Assembly (NCBI RefSeq): GCF_038025025.1
Contig: NW_027117339.1
Location: forward strand, 2,170,001 to 2,234,000
Reading direction: 5' to 3'
Source of the DNA: Phyllosticta citribraziliensis
Lineage: Eukaryota
DNA length: 64,000 nucleotides
Made by a program: the position numbers and the translations under genes. This document shows positions 33,255 through 44,166 of this stretch, in pieces; the stretch's first letter is position 1, and the number at the start of each line of letters is the position of its first letter. A model generated the notes under the pieces. That model searched no databases. It saw only the letters and a program-made list of their open reading frames with translations, and was not told where the DNA came from.

Positions 33255-35675
33255 CTTGCTGTAGATGGAGGAGTCGTGTTTGGAAAGTAGGTGCGTTGTA
33301 AAGTAGGCAAGAATCCAAAAGCCGGGGACTGCGGTGGTGATGTATAAATTATGGGCAGGTAGGGTAGCAGTGGTACCGTGCCACAGGACACAGAGCAGCT
33401 GGTCTGAGCAAATGAACGAGTGACGAAAGGGTGGAGAGGTGGTCCTGTGGATGATTGGCTGGTGACTAGCGAAGCAGTACACACAGTTGCTGCACAAGGG
33501 AAAGAGTGACGAAAGTAGGATTGGAGCTAGCCAGCAAAGGAGTGAGTGGACAGGCTTTCGAGGGAGTGGATGTGCGGACAGAGGGTGACGGAGGTGCAAA
33601 CGGAAGGAGGTCGAACTTCGGACAGCAGAGCGGAGGACTTTGTAGTTTAGCCAGTGATTCCTGGGCACAGTGATCGACGCAAGGATTAAAGAGGTTAGAA
33701 GGGTGGGCGATTGGGAAATTGGATGCGCGCGATAGAGCCTCGACCTGTTTCCTCTCCCATCGTTGCCGGCTTGCCCGGGATGCTCTATCCGCCGAGGGAT
33801 GCCTTGTACTCCGTAGACTGCGTTTTGCGCCTTCCTTCTTCAGCGCCTTCTTTCTTCTTCTTCATGCTCGCGCAAGCTGTGTGGGTGACAGGCGCCATGC
33901 TGCGGCTGCCGGCATCACGCGCCAGTGGATGCCTTGCAAGGCAGGGAATGAAAAAAAAGGGGCCCGGGCATTTCACATCACAGCCAGACCTTACGTCCGT
34001 CTAATGAGCAACTCTCTCCAACGGCCGACCGCCTGTTTGCCGCAACCGTGGCGCGTTATTGTCGCCGTGGCTTGCTAGCAGCTAGCTCCAAGAGTTGAGC
34101 CGCAGCGTGGTGTCCTGAGTGTTTGTTTGATTTTCATTTGATCTTGGCCCAAAAGTCTACTCGAGGCGAGCCGGCGGTGGTCTTTCGGCAACGCCCGGCC
34201 AGGGCTCAAGGGGTAGACCGAATCTAACGTGACCTCGGGCGCGGACTTTTCCGCCCAATTCCTGCGATTGAGTGCGCAAACTTTGGCTTTAGAGTTGAAA
34301 AATTTGATTCAAGCTTCTTTGCAGTGTTTGCAATACTCGCCGTCGGATCGAAGGATGCGCGACACGAGCGATGGTTGACTCGAGGTTTGCGCCATTCGGT
34401 GCGCCTCGACTTGTCCCGCGGTGCACCCGCTGTTTGTCTAGGCCACCCTCCGGATCCGCGCAGACCTCAGGCTGATCGCACATCAACAACCACCATTGCA
34501 ACAGTGCCGCATCCGTTGTGGGCAAAACCAGCGAACTTCTCCGGCCGTCGGAGATAATCCAGGCCCCCGACTCATACCGCTCGTCTGCTCCGGCTATTCG
34601 GTTTTGGGGTGGTCGAGGCGCAACAGCGATGCGGGGACCAAGGGTCCGAGCGGTGGACTACGGTTTCCTCAGCCACTTGACGATAGATGGAAGCATTGTC
34701 AGGGAAGTATCGAAAGACGGCCTCCTTTTGACCAATAGTTCCAGTCAAGTCGAAGCTCTGGTTGGGCTCGGGGCTTTTGGTGCCTTTAACGCTTTCGCCG
34801 TTGATAAAGCCCCAGCTGCATCAGCGTTATCCAATGCTTCCAACCAAATGTCGCCTCGTCCACCTGGCCAACCGTTCGTTCCGCTGGTCGTTCTCAAATC
34901 TCAAGGCTGCGCGGGCCGTTCCGCAGCCCCGCTGTTAAACTCTTTGGCAGATATGGTTTGGCGTCGCTGCGAGGTGACAAACTTGCGGGTTGAAATTTAG
35001 CGACAAGCTTCGAGAAAAGGTTTGACGCATCGACGTCAACGATAGGGAACCGCTGTCTATGGAAGTGGCATATACTTCAATGGCCAAGGCGATAGCGGCT
35101 TAAAAAGCCTGCAAGGTGATGGTGATGTATGTCGTGGTAGAGTGGAGATGCTGGAGTCTTTGACTGGGGCTTTCAAAGACGGGAAAGTCGCATTGTCGAG
35201 TCGCCATGTATCTACCGGGCTGGCATTGGAACAGGTCTGTTAGTTGCGCGCATTTTCTCAACTAGCATACCAATGGAGCTGTTCCATTCTCCAGGCACTC
35301 AATCAGAGAGATACGGAATTGATTGGACGAGGAATTCTGCTGCGTTTTTGAAGACAGATGAATTGCAGAGAACACGGTGTGTCGCGCCTGCGCAGTGCGC
35401 GGTTGGAAAGTTGGCCAGTCTTGTTTCAAAGTAACCCTCAAGACAAAGGATGGTGACATTTCGAAGAATCGTTCAACAGGTGAAATGCAGCAAAAGGTGA
35501 GAAACGCGTCGAGAAGATGTTGAGGGCGCAGAAGGAAGATGCAGGATTCCCCATCTAGGCTCGATGCGGAAGTATAAGCGAGGCTGGTGATGAGTAAGCA
35601 AACCGCGGCGAACCGCTCTGGACGGAAACAACAACACCACGTCCTTGCAACAAACGTGCCTCCTGCGCTCCGCCA

Positions 35676-37714
35676 TCAAAATGTTACGTTTCCCCACTTG
35701 CTCTGCCTGATTTTTTCTCCATACTTTCTGAAGAGAATCGGCACTGGGATCATTGCCGTCGCAATAAAGGCAACCAGACTGTTCCCCCAACCGAGGCCCA
35801 GTGTGTCGTACATGCTGAGCCCACCAAGCGGCAGCAGTGCCCCGAAAAGCGATCTCAGAAGCGTGTTGGCTGCCATGGCGGATGCAGAGTGCACGGTAAA
35901 AGCGTCGACGAGGTACGTCATTATGCACAGCTGAAGCACAGTTTAGAAAGAAGTCTTCGGCGTCGAAAGCCAACGGCAAGGCCAGCAGCGCTGGTTCGAG
36001 CCGACCGTTCCGCAGAAAATCTAGGATTACTCACCGTGGTTATGATCATACCAAAACCCAGGAATGCAGTGCCAATGAGCGGTGCCATCCATTGGACGTG
36101 GTGCTTGGTCGTCCAACCATAAAGGAACAATCCAATTGGCATGGCACATGCCCCGGGTATGACAAGCCGATTGTCGAGTCGATCCTCTGGCTTGAGCTGC
36201 AAGCCTTTTGCTTTTCGCCTTTGCAGGATGATGTCTGTGCCCTTGCCTGCGACCGGCAGCCCCAACATCATGCCGATCCCAACGCCCAGGTATGCGAGGC
36301 CGACCATGCTGGACGAAAATCCGTAAATGTCCTCAAAAACGAAGGTAATTGTGGTAAAGAGGAGGTAGAGAGTGCCGTAAATGATGGCGGTGTAGAGCGA
36401 CATGATTGCCACGATGGGACTGCAGAACAGCATTTTGGCTGGACGCACGATCGCAAGAGCAAAGCGTTCCTTATGGCTCAGCCCCTGGTCAAGAGCGTTG
36501 CGTAAACGCAGATTGCCCGTTTCCTTGCGCAGGCGAGTTGTTTTGCGACCCAGAAGGACGGGACCGTACGTCTCAAAAAGAATGAAGGGGGATGTTACGG
36601 CAATGGCAGCAGCCTGCAATGCACATCAGCTGGAACCTCAGGTGAAACGAGATGGATTGTGGATGGTGGATGGTGAGTGGCCAACGACTATCCCATTTCA
36701 TTCACCGCATGAGAGCTTTGCAAACTCACCAGTATTGCCAGGAGCCAGAACACCCAACGCCATCCTTTGTGTTCTACGAGAAAGCCACCAGCGATAGGAC
36801 CGATTATCCTGCGTGTTGTGAGCATGACTCCAGGACTCGAGTTGAAAAGCGGTTTCGTACGGTCCCAAGAGCGGCCCCATAGCCCAAAGGGCCATCGCTC
36901 CTCCTCTTTCTTCAGGGGGCATGAAGTCTGAAATTGTGCCGGCTCCCAATGTCAGTACGGCGGAACCAAACACACCAGCCAAAAATCTGAAGCCGACTAG
37001 CATGTCCATGGAATTAGACACAGCACAAGCTACCAGGAAAATCAGAAATCCAACATTGCAAAGGTGATAAACCGGGACACGTCCGTACATCTCAGAAAGA
37101 GGGGCAAAAACAACTAGGCGCTGTCAGCTCAACGTAATGGACTTTTGTCGGCAGTACTTACGTGGTCCAAACGCAAAACCCAGAATATAAACGCTGACGA
37201 CGAACGTGGCCATCAATTTATTTTGCGTCCCAAAGGCCTTCAGAATTTGCGGCACGCCAGGCGCAAACATGGACGAAGCCAGTGGAGTCACCAAAGTGGT
37301 CAAGGAAAGCAGAGCAATGTTTCTCCATTTCGTCGACGCCGGCCAATTCATTGGGTTCTCGGGATCGTCCTCGCCATTCCAGGTCACAAGGTTAGGATCT
37401 CGTTGGTCTTCCTCTTCATCTTTTCTGGGGTATTCTTCTGCGTCCACGTCTTCGGTTGTGTTTATGGCGCATCCATCTTCTTGATTGGCACCAGAAACTA
37501 GGCCTTTTTCGAGATCTCGTCCAGGGTTCTGCGACGTCGATCCCGCCTCATTGGTTGCCTTAGGGCCGAGAGCGTGAACGTCCTGCTTTTCTTCTGTGGT
37601 GCTCTCTGTGACGACGCTGATGTGGCGAGATTCTTCAGGCGTGGAAGGTTTCTTCTGAGCGTGGTCGACGTCGTAAACGTTCGAAGAGGCCGAGTTGGAC
37701 GCTGGACTGCCCAT
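35676..37714 (-). CDS. MFS drug:H+ antiporter (DHA1 family)
   Basis: Exons 37714-37162, 37113-36861, 36808-36730, 36613-36035 and 35930-35676. Motifs [59 protein letters not shown] and YLVDAF. Confidence 0.93.
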
Positions 37715-37790
37715 GGCGACTTGGCTTTGTGAAAAACACGATGAGTAGTCTATCTACAACAAGCAGTGCTTGCTTCAGATCAGTAAAAGC

Positions 37791-37828
37791 TTGAAGCCGT
37801 CAGCGAGGGTTGAAGCCGTCAGCGAGGG
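37791..37828. repeat. Perfect 19-bp tandem duplication TTGAAGCCGTCAGCGAGGG x2
   Basis: Units at 37791-37809 and 37810-37828, just upstream of the MFS start codon. Confidence 0.9.
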
Positions 37829-37879
37829 GCATCAGTGGACTGGAGCAAAGTTTTGAGTCTCCCGGAGAGCATTCAATCC

Positions 37880-37907
37880 GGGGGGGGGGGGGGGGGGGGG
37901 GGGGGGG
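37880..37907. repeat. Poly-G tract (28 nt)
   Basis: Uninterrupted G run between the divergent MFS and HET genes. Confidence 0.95.
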
Positions 37908-38658
37908 AACAAAGGACCATGAGAACACATCTCGGAAGCGAATCGACATAAAACAAGATGCAATTTCGACGTCTAGCCGGAACTATAGGAGCCGTTCAAC
38001 GCTAAGTCGACTCATCAAAGGGAGTGTACTAATCACTGCGTATGGCAAAGGATACGGCGGCGTTGTTGTCGACCAGCGCCGACTTCTTGCGGCCGAGATC
38101 CTTGTATATCCAGCCATCCATCAATCTTGGCTCGATGAATATGGTATTAGTGTGGTGTCGGCGAACGGCTGATGCAACCCGAGCTTGATTTATGCCATCA
38201 TTTGTGCATTTGGCGGTTATGCTAGCACCCGAGCCGAGCCGTGCCCTGTTTTTCTAAAATATCGGTTCTACAAGAACATTATTGGACACCCATGGAGGCG
38301 GCTCCCTGTATATTTCAGTATGTTGCCCGTTCGTACTCGGACGTTAACAGCGACACTGCCCGTGTTCGGACAATCCACTCCGGGGGCCGTCTCCGAAACT
38401 TTCTGGCGTATTTACCGTCACTTGAAGCCCGACGAGCCTCTCTTGCTTCTATGGCCGTTCAACGGATTTTCTTTTACAAAGATGCTCGAAGTGGGTTTGA
38501 AGAATGACCCCACCTACTCGTCCAGCTGACTGTGCGTAAGCGACAAGGATGATGGGGCCAAGGCCACGTGGTCCTCGAGGACGAGGCTGAAGGAAAGGTT
38601 TGGAAAACAGACGCGGATCCATGCCTTTTTTACCACGCACTACCGTCCATACACCGCC

Positions 38659-41178
38659 ATGGCCCATTGCGAACTCTGCCAATCAGTCTTCGAAAATTCT
38701 GAGGGCTTTGACGGAGTAGAGACCGTCTTTGAGTGGTTGCACGCACAGTGTTCGTCATGCGGACCGCAAAACAAACCAGTCGAGAACCTCTGCCCCTACT
38801 GTCAACATCTCAGACTCCCTCATCTGATTCTCTGTCTACTGAATACAGAGAGAATCACCGATCAATTTCCTACGGGAGTCAAAGTCCCTTTCCTTCGTTT
38901 CGACCAAATCTCAGTAGAGAAGTGCGATGTCTGTTGTATGCTGACCAGAGTTCTTGATGCTGAACATGAGCGGATACCCGCCGAATCCCCTGACTACGTC
39001 GGGGCTCTTCTACTCCTTCCTCAATGCTGGAGGCCTCGACTTGCAAAACGACCTATTGGCAATCGTGTGGCGGCCATACAGCTCATCTCGCCAGACGGAG
39101 ACTCCGGTCGTAAACCACAATGGCGCACTATTTACAACGACTTGGGGTCTGATCACGACTCTACGGCTCACTCACGAACACTTTATCTGCACCAACCAAT
39201 GAGCCAATCTCAGACTCTACTTTCAGCACAGCTGCGACCGACGATCGATTGGGACCGCATCAGGTGGCTACTTTTGACGTGTCGCTTAGGACACCCGAAA
39301 TGCAATTCGACAAGCGCAAGCCGTCTGCCGGAAAACTTTCGGGTTATCGATGTCCTAAAACGTTGCATCAAAAAGGCAGATCAAGGATGCCACTTTGTTG
39401 CACTAAGCTATGTTTGGGGAGAAAAGCCCGACTTCACCAAACTGATGGCTACGAAGGATTCGCTCCGCATGCTGGAGAGAGAAGGCAGCTTGACTGAGAC
39501 GAAAACTCCCAGGACAATCTCTGATGCGATGGAGGCCTGTATCCAACTCGGCGAACGCTCCTTGTGGGCAGATCGCCTCTGCATTATTCAGGATGATGAA
39601 GTCGGCAAGCAAAAACAAGTCGACTCGATGGCAGCAATATTCGGATCCGCCAGGTTTACGATTGCCGCCACGACTGGCACGGTCGATACTGGTATAATTG
39701 GAATCAGTTCCCAAAGGACGTCGTATCCGCACATGGGATGCAGGATCAACAACCTGGAGATGGTGGTCCTTAGCATTGTGCCACAGGATTTTGCAGACAC
39801 GAGCATGTGGGGCAAGCGGGGCTGGACACTACAGGAGAAAGTTCTGTCCAAACGCGTGTTGTACATCACACAAAATCAGGCCTTTCTCGGATGCCATAGG
39901 GATCTTCGATACGAGGATGTTCGCCTGCGATCAGTTGGACGCTATCGCCCCGATCAATTAGACGTTGGTGGCTCCGTCAGATCTTGGGGATGGCACCTCA
40001 AGAATTACATCGTTCGCAACCTTAGTGATACGGGAGATGTCTTCAACGCCTTTGCTGGAATCGCCTATACGCTCTATCCTTGCCCAAGAAGACCTTTGTA
40101 TGGTTTACCTCGGCCAGATTTTGACCGCTGCCTGCTGTGGGGGCTAGGCGAAACTATCAACAAGGAAACCGTGGGGAGTCCTCAGCCTTTGCATCAGATT
40201 CCTACCTGGTCTTGGGCATATGCCAAGAACTTTCCCAACCAGCCCTTCGATGTCTCGAAGGGATTCAACCACGAGCAGTGGGTGGAGACCCTGGTACGAT
40301 GGGGATGCTTGGCGGCCGACTCGGAGAGCCATGCGTTCGAATGGACAAGAATGCCCTCACGAGTAAAATCAGACCTCATCTCGTTCGCTCCTCTCATCTC
40401 GGAGAATGAGTACTGGACATGCGCTCTTATCGCAGTTTCCTGGAGGTCTGGCTGCATTGAGGCCGAATATCCATTCAGCAAATCGACTGAACTTTCATTC
40501 TCTACAATGACGAGGGACCTACAAGGGCTGTTTGGTAGCCTGGAACACTTACCTCAAGCCTGGCTCGACTTGGTCGGGAAAGGCTTACATGCACGTGGCC
40601 CACAGGGCACCGGGAACAGTGACGCCACAGCGGAACCCTATCTGTCCAAAGACCATCGGCAGCTCTTGAGGCCTGGTATTTTGCTTGGCCGCACACAGGC
40701 CGCCGTTTTCAATGTCTTTCGTGACACTGTGACACCACAAAAGCTTTTCATGAGTCGTACGAAAATCCGCGATCATCACGAAAACATCGTGGGGAGCTTG
40801 GGATGCTTCCCGCGCATGGAAAACCACGACGGTGTCGCAGCGACTATTTATGATGATCAGTTCGACGTTGAGCTAATCTCTCTCTCGTTGGCGGCTTCCC
40901 TGGAAGTGCACATTTTGGAACATTGCATGGAGATGACAGTCCTTGGAGAGATTTGCGGCGAAAATTCTTACTTGTTCGATGCCAAACATCTCTCTGGATG
41001 GCTCAAAGATTTCACCATCTTCGACGGCGAAGGCAACCACATGCCCTTCATCCCGTTGGTAAACGTCATGGCAATCGAATGGAATGGGCCGTACGCTCGT
41101 CGGCTCACGGTTGGCTGGATGCTTCTCTCAAGTTGGATTGAGGCAGAGAGGGAGTTCAAGACGATTCTTTTGGAGTAG
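38659..41178 (+). CDS. HET-domain (heterokaryon incompatibility-type) protein, 839 aa, intronless
   Basis: HET motifs FVALSYVWG, PRTISDAM, LWADRLCIIQDD, QVDSMAAIFGSARFTIAA and WGKRGWTLQEKVLS; downstream RNLSDTGDVFNAFAGI and IPTWSWA; Cys-rich N-terminus. Confidence 0.92.
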   Translation: MAHCELCQSVFENSEGFDGVETVFEWLHAQCSSCGPQNKPVENLCPYCQHLRLPHLILCLLNTERITDQFPTGVKVPFLRFDQISVEKCDVCCMLTRVLDAEHERIPAESPDYVGALLLLPQCWRPRLAKRPIGNRVAAIQLISPDGDSGRKPQWRTIYNDLGSDHDSTAHSRTLYLHQPMSQSQTLLSAQLRPTIDWDRIRWLLLTCRLGHPKCNSTSASRLPENFRVIDVLKRCIKKADQGCHFVALSYVWGEKPDFTKLMATKDSLRMLEREGSLTETKTPRTISDAMEACIQLGERSLWADRLCIIQDDEVGKQKQVDSMAAIFGSARFTIAATTGTVDTGIIGISSQRTSYPHMGCRINNLEMVVLSIVPQDFADTSMWGKRGWTLQEKVLSKRVLYITQNQAFLGCHRDLRYEDVRLRSVGRYRPDQLDVGGSVRSWGWHLKNYIVRNLSDTGDVFNAFAGIAYTLYPCPRRPLYGLPRPDFDRCLLWGLGETINKETVGSPQPLHQIPTWSWAYAKNFPNQPFDVSKGFNHEQWVETLVRWGCLAADSESHAFEWTRMPSRVKSDLISFAPLISENEYWTCALIAVSWRSGCIEAEYPFSKSTELSFSTMTRDLQGLFGSLEHLPQAWLDLVGKGLHARGPQGTGNSDATAEPYLSKDHRQLLRPGILLGRTQAAVFNVFRDTVTPQKLFMSRTKIRDHHENIVGSLGCFPRMENHDGVAATIYDDQFDVELISLSLAASLEVHILEHCMEMTVLGEICGENSYLFDAKHLSGWLKDFTIFDGEGNHMPFIPLVNVMAIEWNGPYARRLTVGWMLLSSWIEAEREFKTILLE

Positions 41179-41253
41179 GCTCGAGTGAGGTCTCTTCGTT
41201 AGCTTTACTCACTCTCTCCCGGTCGTTGTAATGCACGCGGACGACCATCCCAG

Positions 41254-41276
41254 GCAAGCAAGCAAGCAAGCAAGCA
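41254..41276. repeat. (GCAA)n tetranucleotide microsatellite
   Basis: gcaagcaagcaagcaagcaagca read directly. Confidence 0.85.
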
Positions 41277-42135
41277 GAAAGACATCAAATTCAGTCCATC
41301 TCATTCTACCTATATCCTTCTCAATCTTGTCAACTCCGTGCAAACATCATCAAGTCATTTCGTTTCGTTTCATGTCGCATTTCATGTGCAATTCATCCGC
41401 GTTCCAAACCCCCATTTCCCCTTCTCTCCCTGTACCCACCACCATTACCGCCACCACTGGTCTACTGCCTTACTCGCCGCACCAGTCACCCAGCCAGTGC
41501 CACACGCACCAATTCACCGCATCCACCCGAGCATCCACCCACAAAAAGTTGATTGAAGAAAAACCACAGCAGGACAGAAAAAACGCAGTAAGAAAATACA
41601 AAAAGACACATGCAGACGTCGGAGGCGGTCGGCAATCGTAAAAAGCGTCGACTTCGTAATCGTAATCGTAAGTGCAAATAGAAGGCGGAAGCGTCAGCAA
41701 GGAGTAGATACAACGAAATGACTTGCCTCGCCTCGCCTCGTCGATATGACAGGGAGATTGGCGAGACTGGCGTGGCGAGGCTAAGAGAGATAGATTGACG
41801 GAGAAAGGAAAGGGGAGGAAGAAAAGGAAGGGGAAGGGAAACGTGTGTTGATGGAAGGATAATGTGGTGGTATCAACAAGGACAAGTCCAGCTTCTGAGA
41901 GCGCCAATGGTGTGGAAAAGAAGAACGTAAGGGGAGAAACAGGGGAAAAGTCTGCAAATATGTAAATGGAAGAGAGCAGAAAAGAAGAAGATGCAGACCC
42001 CCAGAGTCTGGGAGCATTCAACCCGTCAATCGCCAAGTCAATCTACCAATAGATCTGTAGTCCGTCTTCGGGGCGACTCCTCCCTTTTGCAATCCCGACT
42101 GGCTCGACTTTTCCTGCCTCTTCAAATCCTCCCTC

Positions 42136-44166
42136 TCAGAGCCCCTTCAAAATCTCCGGCAAGCCCTCCAACAGCGTTGCAATGCCACCGTACCGCGCCA
42201 ACGTGCCAAATGTGCTGCTCCCTTTAGACTCCTTCCGTCTCCTCTTGTCCTTATCCCAATGCCGGCTCGACTCCCTGCTTTCGGTGCCGCGGCGGCGGTG
42301 GTGGCGGCTGGTCGAGCGCGCGCCGTCCGAGTAGTCGTCGTCCGAAGATGGTTCGGTCGAGTAGTAAGAGTTGTGACGCGAGTGGCCGCGGCGCTGCTGC
42401 TTGGAGTCGCTGAGGATGGGGAGCGAGAAGGACGGCGTGGCGGGGCCTGTGCCGGCGGATTCGGTGGTTGCGAGGCTTGGGGGGTATTGGGTGGCGCGGT
42501 AGATTTCAATCGAGCGGTCGACGAGGCGGCGGACTTCGGCCTGGTAGGATGTCAGCGAAAGCTCCCGCATGCGATGGATGTGTTGATGTAACTCACATAT
42601 GTCAAGGGCTTGCCTATGCAAAAGCACGGCTCGAACCGCGTGCGACCTCCGTCCTGCACCTCCTTTTGCACCTGGTTGAAACTGAGGCGCGCTTCTTCTA
42701 TCGCTTCTCGGCGGACCCAGGTCTGCATGAGCTCGGTCCAGCCGTTGCGATCCGTGTAGGCCTTGTCCAGAGGTACTTGAGAATTGGTGTTCATGACCTT
42801 GTCGTCTGTAAAGTCCCAGTGGTAGCTCTGCAACCAGAGTCGCCATGGAATGCCCAGCATTACTTCGGTGCTAGGACGATTGTCGGCCACGGCGGTAGGA
42901 CGTGCTTGAGGCTGCGGCTGGTAGTAGTTGCTGAACCCGGTCCGAGGGGAGGCAGGTGAGTAGGCCATGGACGGAGGACGACCGGGTTGTACAGAGTACC
43001 CAGCAGGCAAGGAGTTGGACGACCCTGGGGAAAAGGCCTGTCCAGCTCGGGCAGTGGGAAGGGGCGTAATGGGGATGGGGCGAGTGCTGTGCTCCATGGC
43101 TCCGACAGGGCTTACTGGGGGTCTCGTCGGCTTGGGGGACTCTACAAGGCCGGCACCTGTGCGCATGATTCCTGGGATTGGATCGTCCCTGTGGTCTACT
43201 TCGTAACTCTTGCTGCGCCCAAGCGTTCCGAATCGTTGTTGCGCCGGGGTCAGAGGTTTGTAAATTTCGTCTTCGGGAACAGCCAATCTTTGCTCAATCT
43301 CCTGCAAGAGAGTCCACCTCGTGAGAATTTGATTGCTGAAGCGTGGTGATGATCTCCTGACCAAGGACGAAATTTCCGGTAGAGGTCTGTTTGGCTGAAC
43401 ATCGATCAAAGAAGGATCACGATATCTGTCCAGGCTGGCAGGCGGGGGCGTCTTGTCCTGATTGGGGACAAAATCCTTTTGCTCAAAGTGCACTGAGCTC
43501 GATGGGGAATCAGAAAAATCGCAACTTCGTCGATAGCTCGCGTATGCATCAGAGAGTTCAAGTAGCAAGAGCTGTTGCTCTACTATGAGGACTTCTAGCT
43601 GCGAGCACTCATTTGCGACGGCATCGGCTGCCGATGCAGGCAGCCTTGTCTGGCGGGATCTGAGGCCCGGTCAGAAGACCTATAAACATGAGAATGACTA
43701 ATACCAAGGCTCACCTCGACCAAGCTATGACTCTAACCGTGTAGAGAGCTTGGAGCATGACTGAAAGGGTGGAGTTGAGGGTTTCGACATAGGTGAGGAG
43801 ATATTGCATGTTGTCTGTTGAAACGAGGTCCCATTTTCGTCTTTGAGCAGCTGGAACATCACTCTCCACTGCGGCAGCCTCGAGGTGAAGGTTCACTGGG
43901 ATGAGAGCCTCGATGGCTGCAAAGGCGTTGTTTGTATGGACCACAATGTCCCCTACCGTGTCTACGGCTTCGTCGGACGGGGTGGTGTTGTCTTCCTTGA
44001 GCAGGGTGCCGACTTGTTTCAACATGAGAGTGAGCATACTGACGCTCTTTGCGATCTTGTTTGCCTGGCGCGTCGCGGCAGCATTGGCGATGCCGAAGTC
44101 GTACAGGCTGAGCGACAGCCTCGTGCCCCAGGCAACGACGTTGATGACTGAGGTGATTTCTGCCAT
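42136..44166 (-). CDS. Protein with fungal HeLo-like/STAND N-terminal helical domain, disordered middle and small conserved C-terminal domain
   Basis: Exons 44166-43715, 43659-42597 and 42540-42136 (GTGAGC..CTGAC..CAG; GTGAGT..CTGAC..CAG). N-terminus SVINVVAWGTRLSLSLYDF...LETLNSTLSVMLQAL-like pattern; C-terminal WTELMQTWVRREAIEEARLSF. No NTPase motif seen. Confidence 0.75.

Noticed and set aside
34380..34409. Hairpin TCGAGG..TGCGCC-ATTC-GGTGCG-CCTCGA
   Set aside because: Single short stem in GC-rich intergenic DNA, compatible with chance; no tRNA or known ncRNA features.
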